A DNA stretch of 26,277 bases from a virus (lineage: Duplodnaviria; Caudoviricetes). Location: positions 1 to 26,277 of IMG/VR virus record IMGVR_UViG_3300046751_000335; one strand, 5' to 3'. The notes under the pieces were generated by a model that was given only the letters and a program-made list of their open reading frames with translations, was not told where the DNA came from and did no database searches. A program made the translations under genes and the position numbers. Positions 6,946-17,629 of the stretch are shown one piece after another (the stretch's first letter is position 1; each line of letters opens with the position of its first letter).

Positions 6946-8877
6946 ATGGCTCTATTACGTCAGTTTTACACCAACTTTACAGCAGGGGAGATTACACCCT
7001 TACTGTCTTCTAGGGTTGATTCCAACGCATATAAGAATGGCGTAAAAAGCCTCAAGAACTTTCGTATTCTATCTCAAGGCGGTATTAGACGAAGAGGTGG
7101 TTTTAGGTATCTTCAAGAGCTTTCTGATATTCCATATCAAACAGAAACTTACATCTATGATGAAGATGAAGCCTATATTCTTTTATTTTCTAATGGTCAG
7201 CTAGACGTTATTGATATAACAACACCTACTGCAATAGCAGATACCATCACATCATGTCCTTGGACTACTGCAATGATTGGTGAGTTAAGTGTTGCTCAGT
7301 CTGGCGATACAATGATTATTGTGCATCCAGATATGGAAATGCAAAAGCTAACAAGAACAGCAGTAGATACTTTCAATCTTGTTGACTATGAGTTTGACTC
7401 ATCTAACAACTATGTACATCAGCCTTATTTTAGATTTGTTGACCCAGCAGTAACTCTTACGCCTCAAAACTCAAATACTGGTAGTCAGAACATAACTGCT
7501 AGTACATCTATTTTTGATGCTACTTGGGTTGGTGAGGAGATTGAGTTTACTGACTCAAGTGATGAAGTTCACCATATTAATATCACCGCTTATGTTTCTG
7601 GCACTGTTATTACTGGAACGTTTGATACAGCACCAGCTAATACAAACGCTAGAACGACTTGGAAAGAACAAGTGTTCTCTAGCAGAAAAGGGTATGCTAG
7701 AGCAGTTACATTCCACGACCAACGTTTAATATTTGGTGGTTCTAGGGACTTACCAAACCATTTGTTCATGTCAAAGACTGGTGAGTTCTTCAACTTTGAT
7801 GTTGGCGAAGCACTAGATGATGAATCAATCCAGATACAAATTGCTGAAAACCAGATATCAGAGATTAAGGCACTTGGGTCTTTTAGACATTTAACCATCT
7901 TTACTTCTGAGCAAGAGCTTTATGTTCCTACTTCAGAAAACAAGCCTTTAACGCCAACAACTATATCTGTGAAGAAGCAGACATCTTATGGAAGTAGCAG
8001 TGTTCCTCCAGTGGAATTTGATGGTGCTATGGTATTTCTTACAAAGTCAAAAGGTGCTGTAAGAGAGTTTGTATATTCTGATGTAGGGCAAGCCTACAAT
8101 GCTGATGCGTTAACCCTCATATCTCCACATATAATTGGCACACCCACTCAGATGGCATCTCAGCGTGAAGCCGCAGACCAGCTAGAAGCTTATATGTATC
8201 TAGTAAACTCAGATGGTAAGATGCCAGTATTCATGTCTATTCGTAAAGAACAGCTACAGGGATGGGCTGAATGGTCTACACAAGGCGAGTTTAAAAATGT
8301 AGTTGTTGTTAACAGGCAAGTATATGCTATTTGCGAAAGAACAATAAACAGCGCAACATTTACTTCTCTTGAGCTATTAGATAATGAGTATCATACCGAT
8401 TCTGCTATCAAAGCTACTAACGCTACAGCTAAAACAAACTGGACTATAGCTCATTTGCCTAATACTCAGATTGTTGTTAAGTCAGAAAATTATGCTATGG
8501 GTACTTACACTACTGATGCAAATGGTGACTTTACGCTTACAGCCGCAGTAGACAATATTGAAGTTGGCTTAGACTATACTCCAGAGCTTATTACACTCCC
8601 TGCTGAGTTTCAGCTTCCAGATGGTATATCATTCGGTCAGAAAAGACGTGTAGTTCGTGCTGTGTTAGACTTGAATGAAACGTTGAACGTAAAGACTAAA
8701 GGTACAACATTGCTTGTAAGAAGGGTTACAAATAACTTTGCTAATCAGCCAGATACTATTACAGGCAGAAAAGAAGTGTATTTACTAGGCTGGGGTAATG
8801 AAGGTACAGTAACGTTAACACAAGACCAGCCATTGCCTATAACGATAAATGGCATAATGCTTGAGGTAGAAGTGTAA
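6946..8877 (+). CDS. Tail nozzle / tail tubular protein B (T7 gp12 / P22 gp10-like)
   Basis: NFTAGE..P.L..R.D...Y, QGG..RR.G, AQSGD.M, V.FH.QRL.FGG, and C-terminal Q.QPLP.TI. Confidence 0.92.
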   Translation: MALLRQFYTNFTAGEITPLLSSRVDSNAYKNGVKSLKNFRILSQGGIRRRGGFRYLQELSDIPYQTETYIYDEDEAYILLFSNGQLDVIDITTPTAIADTITSCPWTTAMIGELSVAQSGDTMIIVHPDMEMQKLTRTAVDTFNLVDYEFDSSNNYVHQPYFRFVDPAVTLTPQNSNTGSQNITASTSIFDATWVGEEIEFTDSSDEVHHINITAYVSGTVITGTFDTAPANTNARTTWKEQVFSSRKGYARAVTFHDQRLIFGGSRDLPNHLFMSKTGEFFNFDVGEALDDESIQIQIAENQISEIKALGSFRHLTIFTSEQELYVPTSENKPLTPTTISVKKQTSYGSSSVPPVEFDGAMVFLTKSKGAVREFVYSDVGQAYNADALTLISPHIIGTPTQMASQREAADQLEAYMYLVNSDGKMPVFMSIRKEQLQGWAEWSTQGEFKNVVVVNRQVYAICERTINSATFTSLELLDNEYHTDSAIKATNATAKTNWTIAHLPNTQIVVKSENYAMGTYTTDANGDFTLTAAVDNIEVGLDYTPELITLPAEFQLPDGISFGQKRRVVRAVLDLNETLNVKTKGTTLLVRRVTNNFANQPDTITGRKEVYLLGWGNEGTVTLTQDQPLPITINGIMLEVEV

Positions 8878-9311
8878 TGGGTGTTTATGCACAAATAGCT
8901 GGTGCTGTAATTGGTTTAGCTGGTGCTAGACAAGCTAAAGCCGCTAGCGAAATGGAAGCAAGGGCTTATGAAGAACAGGCTGAAATGGCCTCTATCCAAG
9001 CTCGTCAGCAAGAAGAAGAGCGCAACACTCAGTTGCGTAAACAGCTTGCTTCTTTAGGCACATCTATGTCAGCACAAGGCATTGCCTTAGGAACTTCTGC
9101 ATCTGTATCTACTTTAGCTGGTCAAGAAAAGAAGATAGCTAAGAAAGACATATCATCTATAAAATTAATGGGAATGTCTAATAGACGAAAGTTCCAGATA
9201 AGTGCGGCTGGTTCAAGGGCTGAAGGCAAGGCGAAGATGACAGCCGCTATTGGGCAAGCCGTTATGGGGGTTGGTCAGGCAACAGATGGCTTTAAGATAG
9301 GTGGTAAATAA
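8877..9311 (+). CDS. Internal virion (ejection) protein, gp14-like
   Basis: 144 aa, Ala/Gln/Gly-rich and helical with hydrophobic Gly-rich ends. Follows the nozzle gene. Confidence 0.75.
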   Translation: MGVYAQIAGAVIGLAGARQAKAASEMEARAYEEQAEMASIQARQQEEERNTQLRKQLASLGTSMSAQGIALGTSASVSTLAGQEKKIAKKDISSIKLMGMSNRRKFQISAAGSRAEGKAKMTAAIGQAVMGVGQATDGFKIGGK

Positions 9312-12300
9312 TGGCATTCCAAAGAACAAAAGGTAGAAGCGTATTTACTCAACCTACAGGTATGCCTGATTTATCTGGGTTCAAATCTGCCGCCAATGCA
9401 TATCAGCAACTTGGCCAAAGTGTATCTCAAATAGGGACTCAAATTCGCAATCGTGATTATAACGATGCAATACGTCAAGCTGAAATAGATGGAAAAACTG
9501 CTGGTGTTAAGTACACAAAAGATGAAAAAGGGCAATGGAAACTATCTCCTTTAATAAATCTTGACTATTCACAATCTGTTAAAAATCTTCCTAAAAGTGA
9601 TGCAGACAAAGTTTTGCAAGCTCACAGAAAAGCAGCAGTAGGTGCTTATGTAGCGGCGGCTGTAAATGATATAAAAAGTTCAGCAAATATTGCTTTGATA
9701 AAACATAAAAACGACCCTGACCAAGTTAGGGCTGAAATGAATGGTTATGCTGAGGGTCTTAGAGAGCAATTAAATGATGATTTTATATTTGCACAATTAT
9801 TGCCAAAGGTAGAATCTGCTTTTCTTTCTTCTGAAAATCAAGCATTTGCTCAACAGCAAAAGGAATCAGAACTTGTTGGTATAGCAAGTTTGCAAAAAAA
9901 CCTCTCTATAAACACAAAAGAATTAGGTAACTTAGCAGCAGTTGGTCCTGTAGAAGATGACGATTCTTCTGTTGAGGGCTTTGAAATGCGTGTTCAAGAG
10001 CTTCAGGATGAGAATGAAGTTATACTTGAAAATTTGCAAACCCTTGGTGTTAATCCTTTAAAAATAGAACAGTTAAGATCAAACCAGCAAAGCGCAATTG
10101 CAATTAGAGTTGGTCAGTCTGCGATTGAAAAAATCTTTACCCAAAATGGAGACTACGGTTACAGCAGTTCATTAGAAGCTATTGAAGAGATTGTTGATGA
10201 AGCCTACAGCAATCCTGACATAGATGAGGAGCAAATAAGAACGGCTTTGACAGTAACCGCAAACAGTTTGCAAAGATTAAAACAAGCTGAGTTAACTGAA
10301 GACTCAAAGGTGAGGGAGTCTGCTTACCAAAACATCATTTCAAGAGTTATAAATGGTGAAAGCGTTGTGGACATGATTTCAAATCAAGACCCAATTTTAA
10401 GCGTTCTTGAGCCTACACAAGTCTTTAGTGCATTACAGCAAAGTAAGGCATCAGACCAGCAAAGAATAAATGAGGAATTTAGCCCAGCTAAAGATTTAAT
10501 TTTAAATTGGGAAGATGTTATAGCCTCTGGCGACCCTGCTGGAGAGTCTCAAATGGTTTCTGCTTTTCTAAAAGTTAGAAAAATGCATGAAAACGGTCAA
10601 ATAAAGCCAGCAGAATTTTATGAAGTAAAAGCTCAATATCTTAAATATTTTGATACCAAAACAAGAAGCCCTCAAAGAACAGTAGTTTCTTCAACGCTAA
10701 AAAGAGAGTTGAGTGATTTTAGTTCATACCAAGTGCAGCCAGAAACTTTTATAAGAAAAATACCTGACTTAATTAAATCTGGCGTTATTGGAGATGGTGT
10801 AGGTGCTGGGTGGGCAACAGAAGACGCTTATCTTACCGATGTTTCAAAGTACAAAAAGGCTATGAAAAAAAGAAAAGACGAAATTGTTTTGGCACAAACT
10901 GCACAAAGCAAATTGTCTTTATCAATGACTTTGAGTGACAAAGAAAGCGAGGCTTATGTTAAGTCTTTTGGATATGACAAAGCAATAATGCCAGATGGAC
11001 AATCTGTTAAGATTGATTTGTTTTCTAATGATGAGTCTGTATTTCAAGCATCTGCTGACACAGCCGCATCATTTGCCTTAAACTCTCAAGGGCTACTTTT
11101 GCCTGAAGTTAAAGACCTTATTAAGCAAGCAAGGTATAGCGAAGAAGCCACAGATAGAGCTGTTAGAGTGATGGGTCAGACAATGGACATAATGGTTAGT
11201 CAAAGCGACAAGCCAAGATATGCCATAATGTATGACTTGTTTGAGAAAAACAACATTTCTGAAGAAGAAAGAACATACATGACGCTTGCTAACAGCGTTG
11301 GTATTTCTGTTGCTCAAGAGATTGTTAAGAACCCAGTTGATTACAATAGGGGCTTAAACAATTACTTTGGGACAAGAATTAAAGATGGAAACGCAGAAGA
11401 GCTTGCAGATGAGTTTTTGCAAGAAACATTCAGAAAAACACTTACGATGGATGTTCCTTTTGGAATAGGAAGTCCAGTTCTGATGACTCTAAGTTCTGCT
11501 TTAGGGATAAACGAAAATGACCCTCAAAGAGAGCGTTTTATACAAGAGTTTGCTGACACACACAACATATCTACTGACGATGTAAATAAGGTTGTTTTAA
11601 ATAATCCAGTTGTTAAAAACTCTATAAAAGACCTTTTTTACTCAAGGCTTTTACAGCACGGCAAGGCTGTAGCTCCAGAGCAGATTATGTTTGGTGTTTT
11701 AACAAGCATTGGAAAACGCTATGGGTTAGAGGAAAATGAGCGTACTGGAAAGATAGAAATGGTTGAATCTCCAGTTCTTACTCATGCTCAATCCACAGTT
11801 CCTATGGATGATGTGGCTGGAAGAAATGCTAAACCTGTAGTAAATTTAACTCACGAAATGATTGTTAATGATGTTGTTCAAGCTGTTAACTCAGTTCCGG
11901 GAATTGCAAATGAAAGCTTTTATAGTGCTTTGCAAGAAGTAGGAAGCGGCTCTAGTATAAAGTTTTTTGCTAACGACAATATGGGTGGAAAGCCTAGTTA
12001 CACGGTAGCTTTGTATGACAAGCTTGGTGTTCCATATATTCTGTCAGACAACTACAGATATGATTTTGCTTATTCTTCACAAAACGAAAGCTATAGAAAT
12101 GCTTTGCAAGAAGTAAAGTCTAGCAAAATAAAGAGGTTTTTATCTCTAGGCGGTTTGCTTGATAGAGGTTTGTTGCAAAACACATTTGAAAAATGGGAAG
12201 AAAGCAGACAGCCTTCTTCATTTGACCCATTGATAAAAAAGGTAAACGAGATTTACTTTGGTTTAGGTCAAAACTCAGATTACCTTAGAATGGATGAATC

Positions 12301-12379
12301 AATAGAGCCTTTCACTACAGAAGATATTGAGGAGCTTTGGAGATTAAAAGAAACTATACTCAGCCTTGGATTTAAATAA
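9311..12379 (+). CDS. Internal virion (ejection) protein, gp15-like
   Basis: 1022 aa, helical composition. Lies between the gp14-like and gp16-like genes with TAATG coupling. Confidence 0.7.
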   Translation: MAFQRTKGRSVFTQPTGMPDLSGFKSAANAYQQLGQSVSQIGTQIRNRDYNDAIRQAEIDGKTAGVKYTKDEKGQWKLSPLINLDYSQSVKNLPKSDADKVLQAHRKAAVGAYVAAAVNDIKSSANIALIKHKNDPDQVRAEMNGYAEGLREQLNDDFIFAQLLPKVESAFLSSENQAFAQQQKESELVGIASLQKNLSINTKELGNLAAVGPVEDDDSSVEGFEMRVQELQDENEVILENLQTLGVNPLKIEQLRSNQQSAIAIRVGQSAIEKIFTQNGDYGYSSSLEAIEEIVDEAYSNPDIDEEQIRTALTVTANSLQRLKQAELTEDSKVRESAYQNIISRVINGESVVDMISNQDPILSVLEPTQVFSALQQSKASDQQRINEEFSPAKDLILNWEDVIASGDPAGESQMVSAFLKVRKMHENGQIKPAEFYEVKAQYLKYFDTKTRSPQRTVVSSTLKRELSDFSSYQVQPETFIRKIPDLIKSGVIGDGVGAGWATEDAYLTDVSKYKKAMKKRKDEIVLAQTAQSKLSLSMTLSDKESEAYVKSFGYDKAIMPDGQSVKIDLFSNDESVFQASADTAASFALNSQGLLLPEVKDLIKQARYSEEATDRAVRVMGQTMDIMVSQSDKPRYAIMYDLFEKNNISEEERTYMTLANSVGISVAQEIVKNPVDYNRGLNNYFGTRIKDGNAEELADEFLQETFRKTLTMDVPFGIGSPVLMTLSSALGINENDPQRERFIQEFADTHNISTDDVNKVVLNNPVVKNSIKDLFYSRLLQHGKAVAPEQIMFGVLTSIGKRYGLEENERTGKIEMVESPVLTHAQSTVPMDDVAGRNAKPVVNLTHEMIVNDVVQAVNSVPGIANESFYSALQEVGSGSSIKFFANDNMGGKPSYTVALYDKLGVPYILSDNYRYDFAYSSQNESYRNALQEVKSSKIKRFLSLGGLLDRGLLQNTFEKWEESRQPSSFDPLIKKVNEIYFGLGQNSDYLRMDESIEPFTTEDIEELWRLKETILSLGFK

Positions 12380-15300
12380 TGAGCAAAGTAGACTGGAATT
12401 TTATACGTGAACTAGAGGGCTTTGAAACAACAGGATATGTTCCTGATGCTGGTGCTTCTGCTTCTGGGGTTACTATAGGAACTGGGTTTGACTTAGGTGC
12501 AAGGCAAGAGTCAGACCTAGATGGTCTTGATGATGACCTAAAAGAAGCATTAAAACCTTTTCTTGGCTTTAAAGGTGCTGAGGCACAGAAGATAGCAAAG
12601 AACTTAAATTTATCTGAAGAGCAAGCAATAACAGTAGATAACTTTGCTAAAACCAAAGAGTTAAGCAAGTTGAGAGAGAAGTGGCAAAATGCTACAAACA
12701 GTGATTTTGATGAGCTTTCTCCAGAGCAACAAACAGTTGTTGCATCTGTTGCCTTTCAGTACGGAGACTTAGAAAGCAGAACACCTAACTTTTGGAAGCA
12801 AGTGACAAGTGGTTCTTGGGAAGATGCTGTTGCTAACTTAGAGGACTTTGGAGACAGGTACTCTACCAGAAGGAATAAAGAAGCCAACCTTCTTTCTGGG
12901 GTGGTTTTAAAAAAAAAATTAGAAGCTGAAGGTGTTCCTTTACCTGAAGAGGGTAGCTTTGATGCTTTATTTAAGCCTTCTCAAATAGGTGTTGAGGATA
13001 GCTTTACAGTACCCAAAACCTTCAAACTTACCAAAGAGCAAAAGCAAGCTAGGGAAAGTGAGCTAAGAATAAAAAAGCTCATTGAAGAAAAGGGCATACC
13101 TAAAAACAATGTCTATCGTGATTTGCACAATAGAATGTATGGCTTTGAGTCTGATAGATTTGGTCAAAGAGTAGCTAGCAAATTAGACGAAAACTCTTTT
13201 GATTATCATCTTTACACCCCTACTCTTGGTCAGGCTTTTGAAGCGGCCATAGACCAATATCATGTAGGTCCAGCTTTGGGCAGGCTGATAAATTCATCTA
13301 TTGACCCTAAAATGAGGTCTGTTCCTGGGTATTCTCCATTTAAAGACAGAGAGCTTAAGCGTCTTGTTGGAGAGGATGGTTTGTTTTTCTTTAGGCATGT
13401 AGGTAGCCATGAGCAAGCCATGGAAAAATACAGACGTATGCAAGAAGACAGGCAAGACATGTATGTTCTTGACCAGTCTAATTATGGCGGTTTGCTTAGC
13501 GTTGGTGTTACGTTAGCGACTCCAACGATATTGTCCCCAATAGCACCAGTAAGAATTATGAGAGCTGGCCCTGTAAGGAGATTCTTTGGGGGTGCTGCTT
13601 TTACATATATGATGACTGCTGGGCAACAGGGCATTATTGAAACACAAAATGAAGCGAGAGATGCTAGCCATAGTGCGATGGCATTAACTGCTGCCGCTAT
13701 ACTTGGCGGTACTTTGACTGTTGCTTTTGGCAAGAACATGTCTGCTGTAAACCTAGCTCAAATGCGTCAATCAGATGAAGCTGTTGGAGAAGGGTACGAA
13801 AGATTGCCAAAGTCTGCTGGAGCAGGGGCTAATCCTGAAACAGTAAGAACAACTATGTATCGTCAGTTGGAGCAAGAGGGTTTAGAAGAAACTGGCATTG
13901 GAGTTGAAAAGCTAGGGTGGAATCCAGTTAATAGAATGCTTAATAGTGACAATGCTTTTGTTAGAAACTTAGCCGTAGGCATGGTTGATGTTGGCGGTGT
14001 TATGCAGAAAAAGGTTAGGTCTTTTGGAATAGAAATGGACCAATCTGTCGAAGCTACGTTTAGAACAACTTATTTGCCAAAATTGTTGGAGTCTATAAGA
14101 GTTTCTGATTCTGCTTATCTTAAATATAGAAACAGGGCTGTTCCAGAAAGCGATATTGGTCGTGCTGTTGAAATGTTAAAAATGCAAACAGGCGATATAT
14201 TTAGAAGAGCAGACAACACTCTTACAGAAGTTGAGTTTAGGCAACGTGTAGGCATGGCAATGGCTAGGGGTGACATAGATAAGGTTGGTGACTCTGCTTC
14301 ATCATTTGTTACTGAAGCGGCTCAAGCATATAGACCAGTGTTTAATTTTATTAAAGAAGAAGCTCAACAAGTAGGTTTATTTACCAAGCAACTAGAAAAA
14401 GAACTCAAAGTAGCCAGAGAGTCTGGAGACGCAAAAGCAATTCAGTCTATAGAAAGAGAGCTTGCAAGAATCCAAGAGTCTGGAGTTCTTATAAACACTG
14501 CTGAATCTTATGTCCCTAGAGTCTATAGGGTAGATAAAATTGAAGAAAACACTCCAAGATTTTTAAATATAGTAAGAACTTACTTGATTAAGAAAGGTGA
14601 GAGTGCATCTAACGCAGACAAAATGGCTGCTGAAATACTTGATTCGGTTACAAGAAGAAAGCCATTTGTTGATTTAGAAGGTGGGTATGACTCTCTCGAC
14701 TTTATTAAAAACGCATCTGGAGCGCAAAGAAGAAGCTTTGAGATACCCGATGAACTTATAGAAGAGTTTCTTGAAAGAGATATAGAAACCTTAATTAAGC
14801 ACCATGTAAAGACTATGGGAATGGATATTGAGCTTGCGAGAAGATACGGAAGCTTTGATATGTCTGACCAGATAGATGAAATTGCTAGAGAGTATGACAG
14901 ACTAATATCAGAAACATCAGACTTCGCTAAAAGGTCTGAATTAGCAAAGGCCAAAGAAGCAGACATAAGGGACATTCGTGGTCTAAGAGACAGACTGCGT
15001 GGAACTTATGGAGCTTCTAAAGACCCACACGCATTCTCAAGTCGTTTTGTTAGAACAATGAAGTCTTTCAATGTTTTAGTAGGAATGGGCAGTGCTATGG
15101 TTAGCTCTGTTCCTGACATAGCAAGGATTGTTATGGTTGAAGGTTTTTCTAATACCTATCATAAGGGCTTCAAGTCTATGTTTGACCAGCAAGCATATAC
15201 TATCAAGCAAATGAACAAGGGCGAATTAGACAAAGCGGCTATTGCTGTAGATGCTGTTCTTGGCTTAAGAGCGCATGCTATGTCAGATATTGGTGATTTG

Positions 15301-16254
15301 TTTGGTAATCGTTTTGCTGTGGAGCGTAGTTTGAATGACGCAACTGGCATGTTCTTTATGATGAACGGTTTGAACATATGGAATCAGGCAATCAAAGAAA
15401 TAGCTGGTAACGTCACCGTCTTAAGAATGACAGAAAGCATTATGAAAAAGGGTGGCTGGAAGTCTCTTTCTCAATCAGAAAAAGAAAAGCTTCTTAAGAA
15501 TGGTATAGGTGAAAATGACTATAGGATTATGAGAAAAGAGATTCGTAAGAACGGTCAAAAAGAAGGGAACGAATGGATTCCTAATACCGATGGCTGGTCT
15601 GACGAAGCTATGGCTCAACGTCTAAAGTTTAGAAATGCTTTAAATCAGAATGTAGAACGTACCATTATAACTCCCGGTGCTGGGGACAGGGCTTTATGGA
15701 CATCTACTGAAATTGGTTCTCTTATGACCCAGTTTAAATCATACGGTCAGGGAGCTATGGTTCGTATGCTCACTGCTGGTTTGCAAGAAAAAGATGGTGC
15801 ATTTTGGCAAGGTGCATTTTTGATTGTTGGATTGGCTGCTATGGTTAATGAAATAAAAAGAAGCCAATATGGTATAACAAGTGACGAAACTGCTGACCAA
15901 AAGCTTATGAATGCAATAGATAGAAGCGGTGTTTTGGGTTGGTTTATGGATGTAAACAACGCAATTGAAAAGGTTAGCGACTATAAAATAGGAATGCGCC
16001 CATTGTTAACAGAGCAACAGCAATATCCAGTTCATGCTGGTGCTAAAGTTGGGTCTGTTTTTGGCCCTGCTGGTAGCACAATGCTTAATGCAAGCAGCGT
16101 TATAGGCGATGTTTTGAACAACAACATTACTGATGACACGATGAGAGATATGAGATTTGTGTTCCCAAGTGGCAATTTGTTTTACTTAGACCCGATATAT
16201 GATGGGGCTTTTGGTGGTAATGTGAATAGACAGCAAACTAGCAATAGGGAATAG
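12379..16254 (+). CDS. Internal virion (ejection) protein, gp16-like, with N-terminal pesticin-like lysozyme domain
   Basis: N-terminal DW.FI.ELEG....GYVP......SGVTIGTGFDLG...QTV..SV.FQYG......P.FW...DFGD.Y..RR..EA is a pesticin/T4-lysozyme-like muramidase (aa ~1-172). C-terminal TPGAGD...QFKSY motif is typical of T7-like ejection proteins. Confidence 0.85.
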   Translation: MSKVDWNFIRELEGFETTGYVPDAGASASGVTIGTGFDLGARQESDLDGLDDDLKEALKPFLGFKGAEAQKIAKNLNLSEEQAITVDNFAKTKELSKLREKWQNATNSDFDELSPEQQTVVASVAFQYGDLESRTPNFWKQVTSGSWEDAVANLEDFGDRYSTRRNKEANLLSGVVLKKKLEAEGVPLPEEGSFDALFKPSQIGVEDSFTVPKTFKLTKEQKQARESELRIKKLIEEKGIPKNNVYRDLHNRMYGFESDRFGQRVASKLDENSFDYHLYTPTLGQAFEAAIDQYHVGPALGRLINSSIDPKMRSVPGYSPFKDRELKRLVGEDGLFFFRHVGSHEQAMEKYRRMQEDRQDMYVLDQSNYGGLLSVGVTLATPTILSPIAPVRIMRAGPVRRFFGGAAFTYMMTAGQQGIIETQNEARDASHSAMALTAAAILGGTLTVAFGKNMSAVNLAQMRQSDEAVGEGYERLPKSAGAGANPETVRTTMYRQLEQEGLEETGIGVEKLGWNPVNRMLNSDNAFVRNLAVGMVDVGGVMQKKVRSFGIEMDQSVEATFRTTYLPKLLESIRVSDSAYLKYRNRAVPESDIGRAVEMLKMQTGDIFRRADNTLTEVEFRQRVGMAMARGDIDKVGDSASSFVTEAAQAYRPVFNFIKEEAQQVGLFTKQLEKELKVARESGDAKAIQSIERELARIQESGVLINTAESYVPRVYRVDKIEENTPRFLNIVRTYLIKKGESASNADKMAAEILDSVTRRKPFVDLEGGYDSLDFIKNASGAQRRSFEIPDELIEEFLERDIETLIKHHVKTMGMDIELARRYGSFDMSDQIDEIAREYDRLISETSDFAKRSELAKAKEADIRDIRGLRDRLRGTYGASKDPHAFSSRFVRTMKSFNVLVGMGSAMVSSVPDIARIVMVEGFSNTYHKGFKSMFDQQAYTIKQMNKGELDKAAIAVDAVLGLRAHAMSDIGDLFGNRFAVERSLNDATGMFFMMNGLNIWNQAIKEIAGNVTVLRMTESIMKKGGWKSLSQSEKEKLLKNGIGENDYRIMRKEIRKNGQKEGNEWIPNTDGWSDEAMAQRLKFRNALNQNVERTIITPGAGDRALWTSTEIGSLMTQFKSYGQGAMVRMLTAGLQEKDGAFWQGAFLIVGLAAMVNEIKRSQYGITSDETADQKLMNAIDRSGVLGWFMDVNNAIEKVSDYKIGMRPLLTEQQQYPVHAGAKVGSVFGPAGSTMLNASSVIGDVLNNNITDDTMRDMRFVFPSGNLFYLDPIYDGAFGGNVNRQQTSNRE
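16218..16227 (+). promoter_or_regulatory. TAATGTGAAT motif ~35 bp upstream of tail fibre gene
   Basis: Exact copy of the 10-mer at 4841, directly abutting a TAGACA -35-like hexamer (16227-16232). Confidence 0.45.
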
Positions 16255-16261
16255 ATAAAGT

Positions 16262-17620
16262 ATGGCTACTATAGAAATTGCAGATAATGACGCTAGAGTC
16301 CAGTACACCCAAGCGGTAACTGCCAGCACAACGCAGTTAACGATTGATTTCCCATTCTTTGACCTCGATGACATCAACGTTATTGTGACGACTGCGGCTG
16401 GTGTAGACACTACGTTATCAAGAGGAACTGGTACTGGTACATTTTCTGTTACAGGAACTGCTGTAGATGATGGATTTTCTGGTGGATATGTCACTCTTGG
16501 TGACAGTTATAGTGCTGGAACTGATACCTTTACTATACTCAGAGATATTCCTGTAGCTAGAACGACTGACTTTCCAACATCAGGTCCGTTTAATATCTCA
16601 TCACTAAATACAGAGTTAGACAAGATTATTGCTATTGAGCAAGAGATTGAAACTAAAGTTAGCCGTACAATGAAGCTAGCCGACTCTGATAGTGCTGCTT
16701 CTATTACACTACCTTCATCAGCAACTAGAGCTAACAAGTTTCTGTCATTTGATGCTAACGGTGCTGTTACGGTATCTACTACTATTGGTGATTACAAAGG
16801 AGCAGATGCAACAACGACTACTGCGGCTTATGTTAAGCATGATATTATTAAATCAACAACTGCTGCACAGTTAAACAACATTTACATTTGTATTGCTGAT
16901 TCAGCTATTGGTGATTTGCTAACAGACACTACTCATTTTGAGTTAATTGTTGACGCTGTGAGTGCGGCTACATCAGCCGCTAATGCGGCTACAAGCGAAA
17001 CAAATGCTGGAATATCTGAGACTAATGCTGGTGATAGCGAAACTAATGCGGCAACATCAGAGAGCAATGCCCAAGACTGGGCTGTTAAAACAAACGGCAT
17101 TGTGGATAGCACAGACTATTCTGCAAAGGCTTGGTCTATTGGCGGTACTGGCGTAACGGATACTTCTGGTGCTGGCCCTGCAAAAGACTGGGCGGTAGAA
17201 ACTACAGATACAGTAGATGGTACTGAATACTCTGCTAAAGAATATGCCATTGGTTCACTACCCGCAAACACTAGCGGCTCTGCTAAACAGTGGGCGTTGG
17301 GTGGCGGTGGTTCTTATGCGTCTACCACTGCGGTTGATGGTTCTAACTTCTCGGCACGTTATTGGGCAGAAAAAGCACAATCGTATGTTCAACAAGATTT
17401 TCAAAATACATATCTTGGAGCGCACTCTTCTGACCCAACGCAAGACCCATACGATGCTGACCCTTCAGATAGTCAGGCTTTAGAAGCTGGTGATTTATAT
17501 TTTAATACAGCTAACAATGTAATTCGTGTTTATGACGGTGCTAATTGGAATGATGCTGTTCAGGACACAACAGGCTTTGCTAGTAATGGATTTAGCATTG
17601 CAATGGCAATCGCCTTATAG
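16262..17620 (+). CDS. Tail fibre protein with T7 gp17-like N-terminal attachment domain
   Basis: R.QYT......IDFPFF...DI.V ... TI.RD.P..RTTDF..SG.F....LN.ELD. Ala/Ser/Thr heptad repeats. GDLYFNT....RVY.G..W and C-terminal GFSIAMAIAL. Confidence 0.88.
   Translation: MATIEIADNDARVQYTQAVTASTTQLTIDFPFFDLDDINVIVTTAAGVDTTLSRGTGTGTFSVTGTAVDDGFSGGYVTLGDSYSAGTDTFTILRDIPVARTTDFPTSGPFNISSLNTELDKIIAIEQEIETKVSRTMKLADSDSAASITLPSSATRANKFLSFDANGAVTVSTTIGDYKGADATTTTAAYVKHDIIKSTTAAQLNNIYICIADSAIGDLLTDTTHFELIVDAVSAATSAANAATSETNAGISETNAGDSETNAATSESNAQDWAVKTNGIVDSTDYSAKAWSIGGTGVTDTSGAGPAKDWAVETTDTVDGTEYSAKEYAIGSLPANTSGSAKQWALGGGGSYASTTAVDGSNFSARYWAEKAQSYVQQDFQNTYLGAHSSDPTQDPYDADPSDSQALEAGDLYFNTANNVIRVYDGANWNDAVQDTTGFASNGFSIAMAIAL
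16961..17070 (+). repeat. Degenerate 21-bp (7-aa) coding repeat, A(A/G)xSETN
   Basis: SAATSAANAATSETNAGISETNAGDSETNAATSESNA. Confidence 0.8.
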
Positions 17621-17629
17621 GAGTAAATA

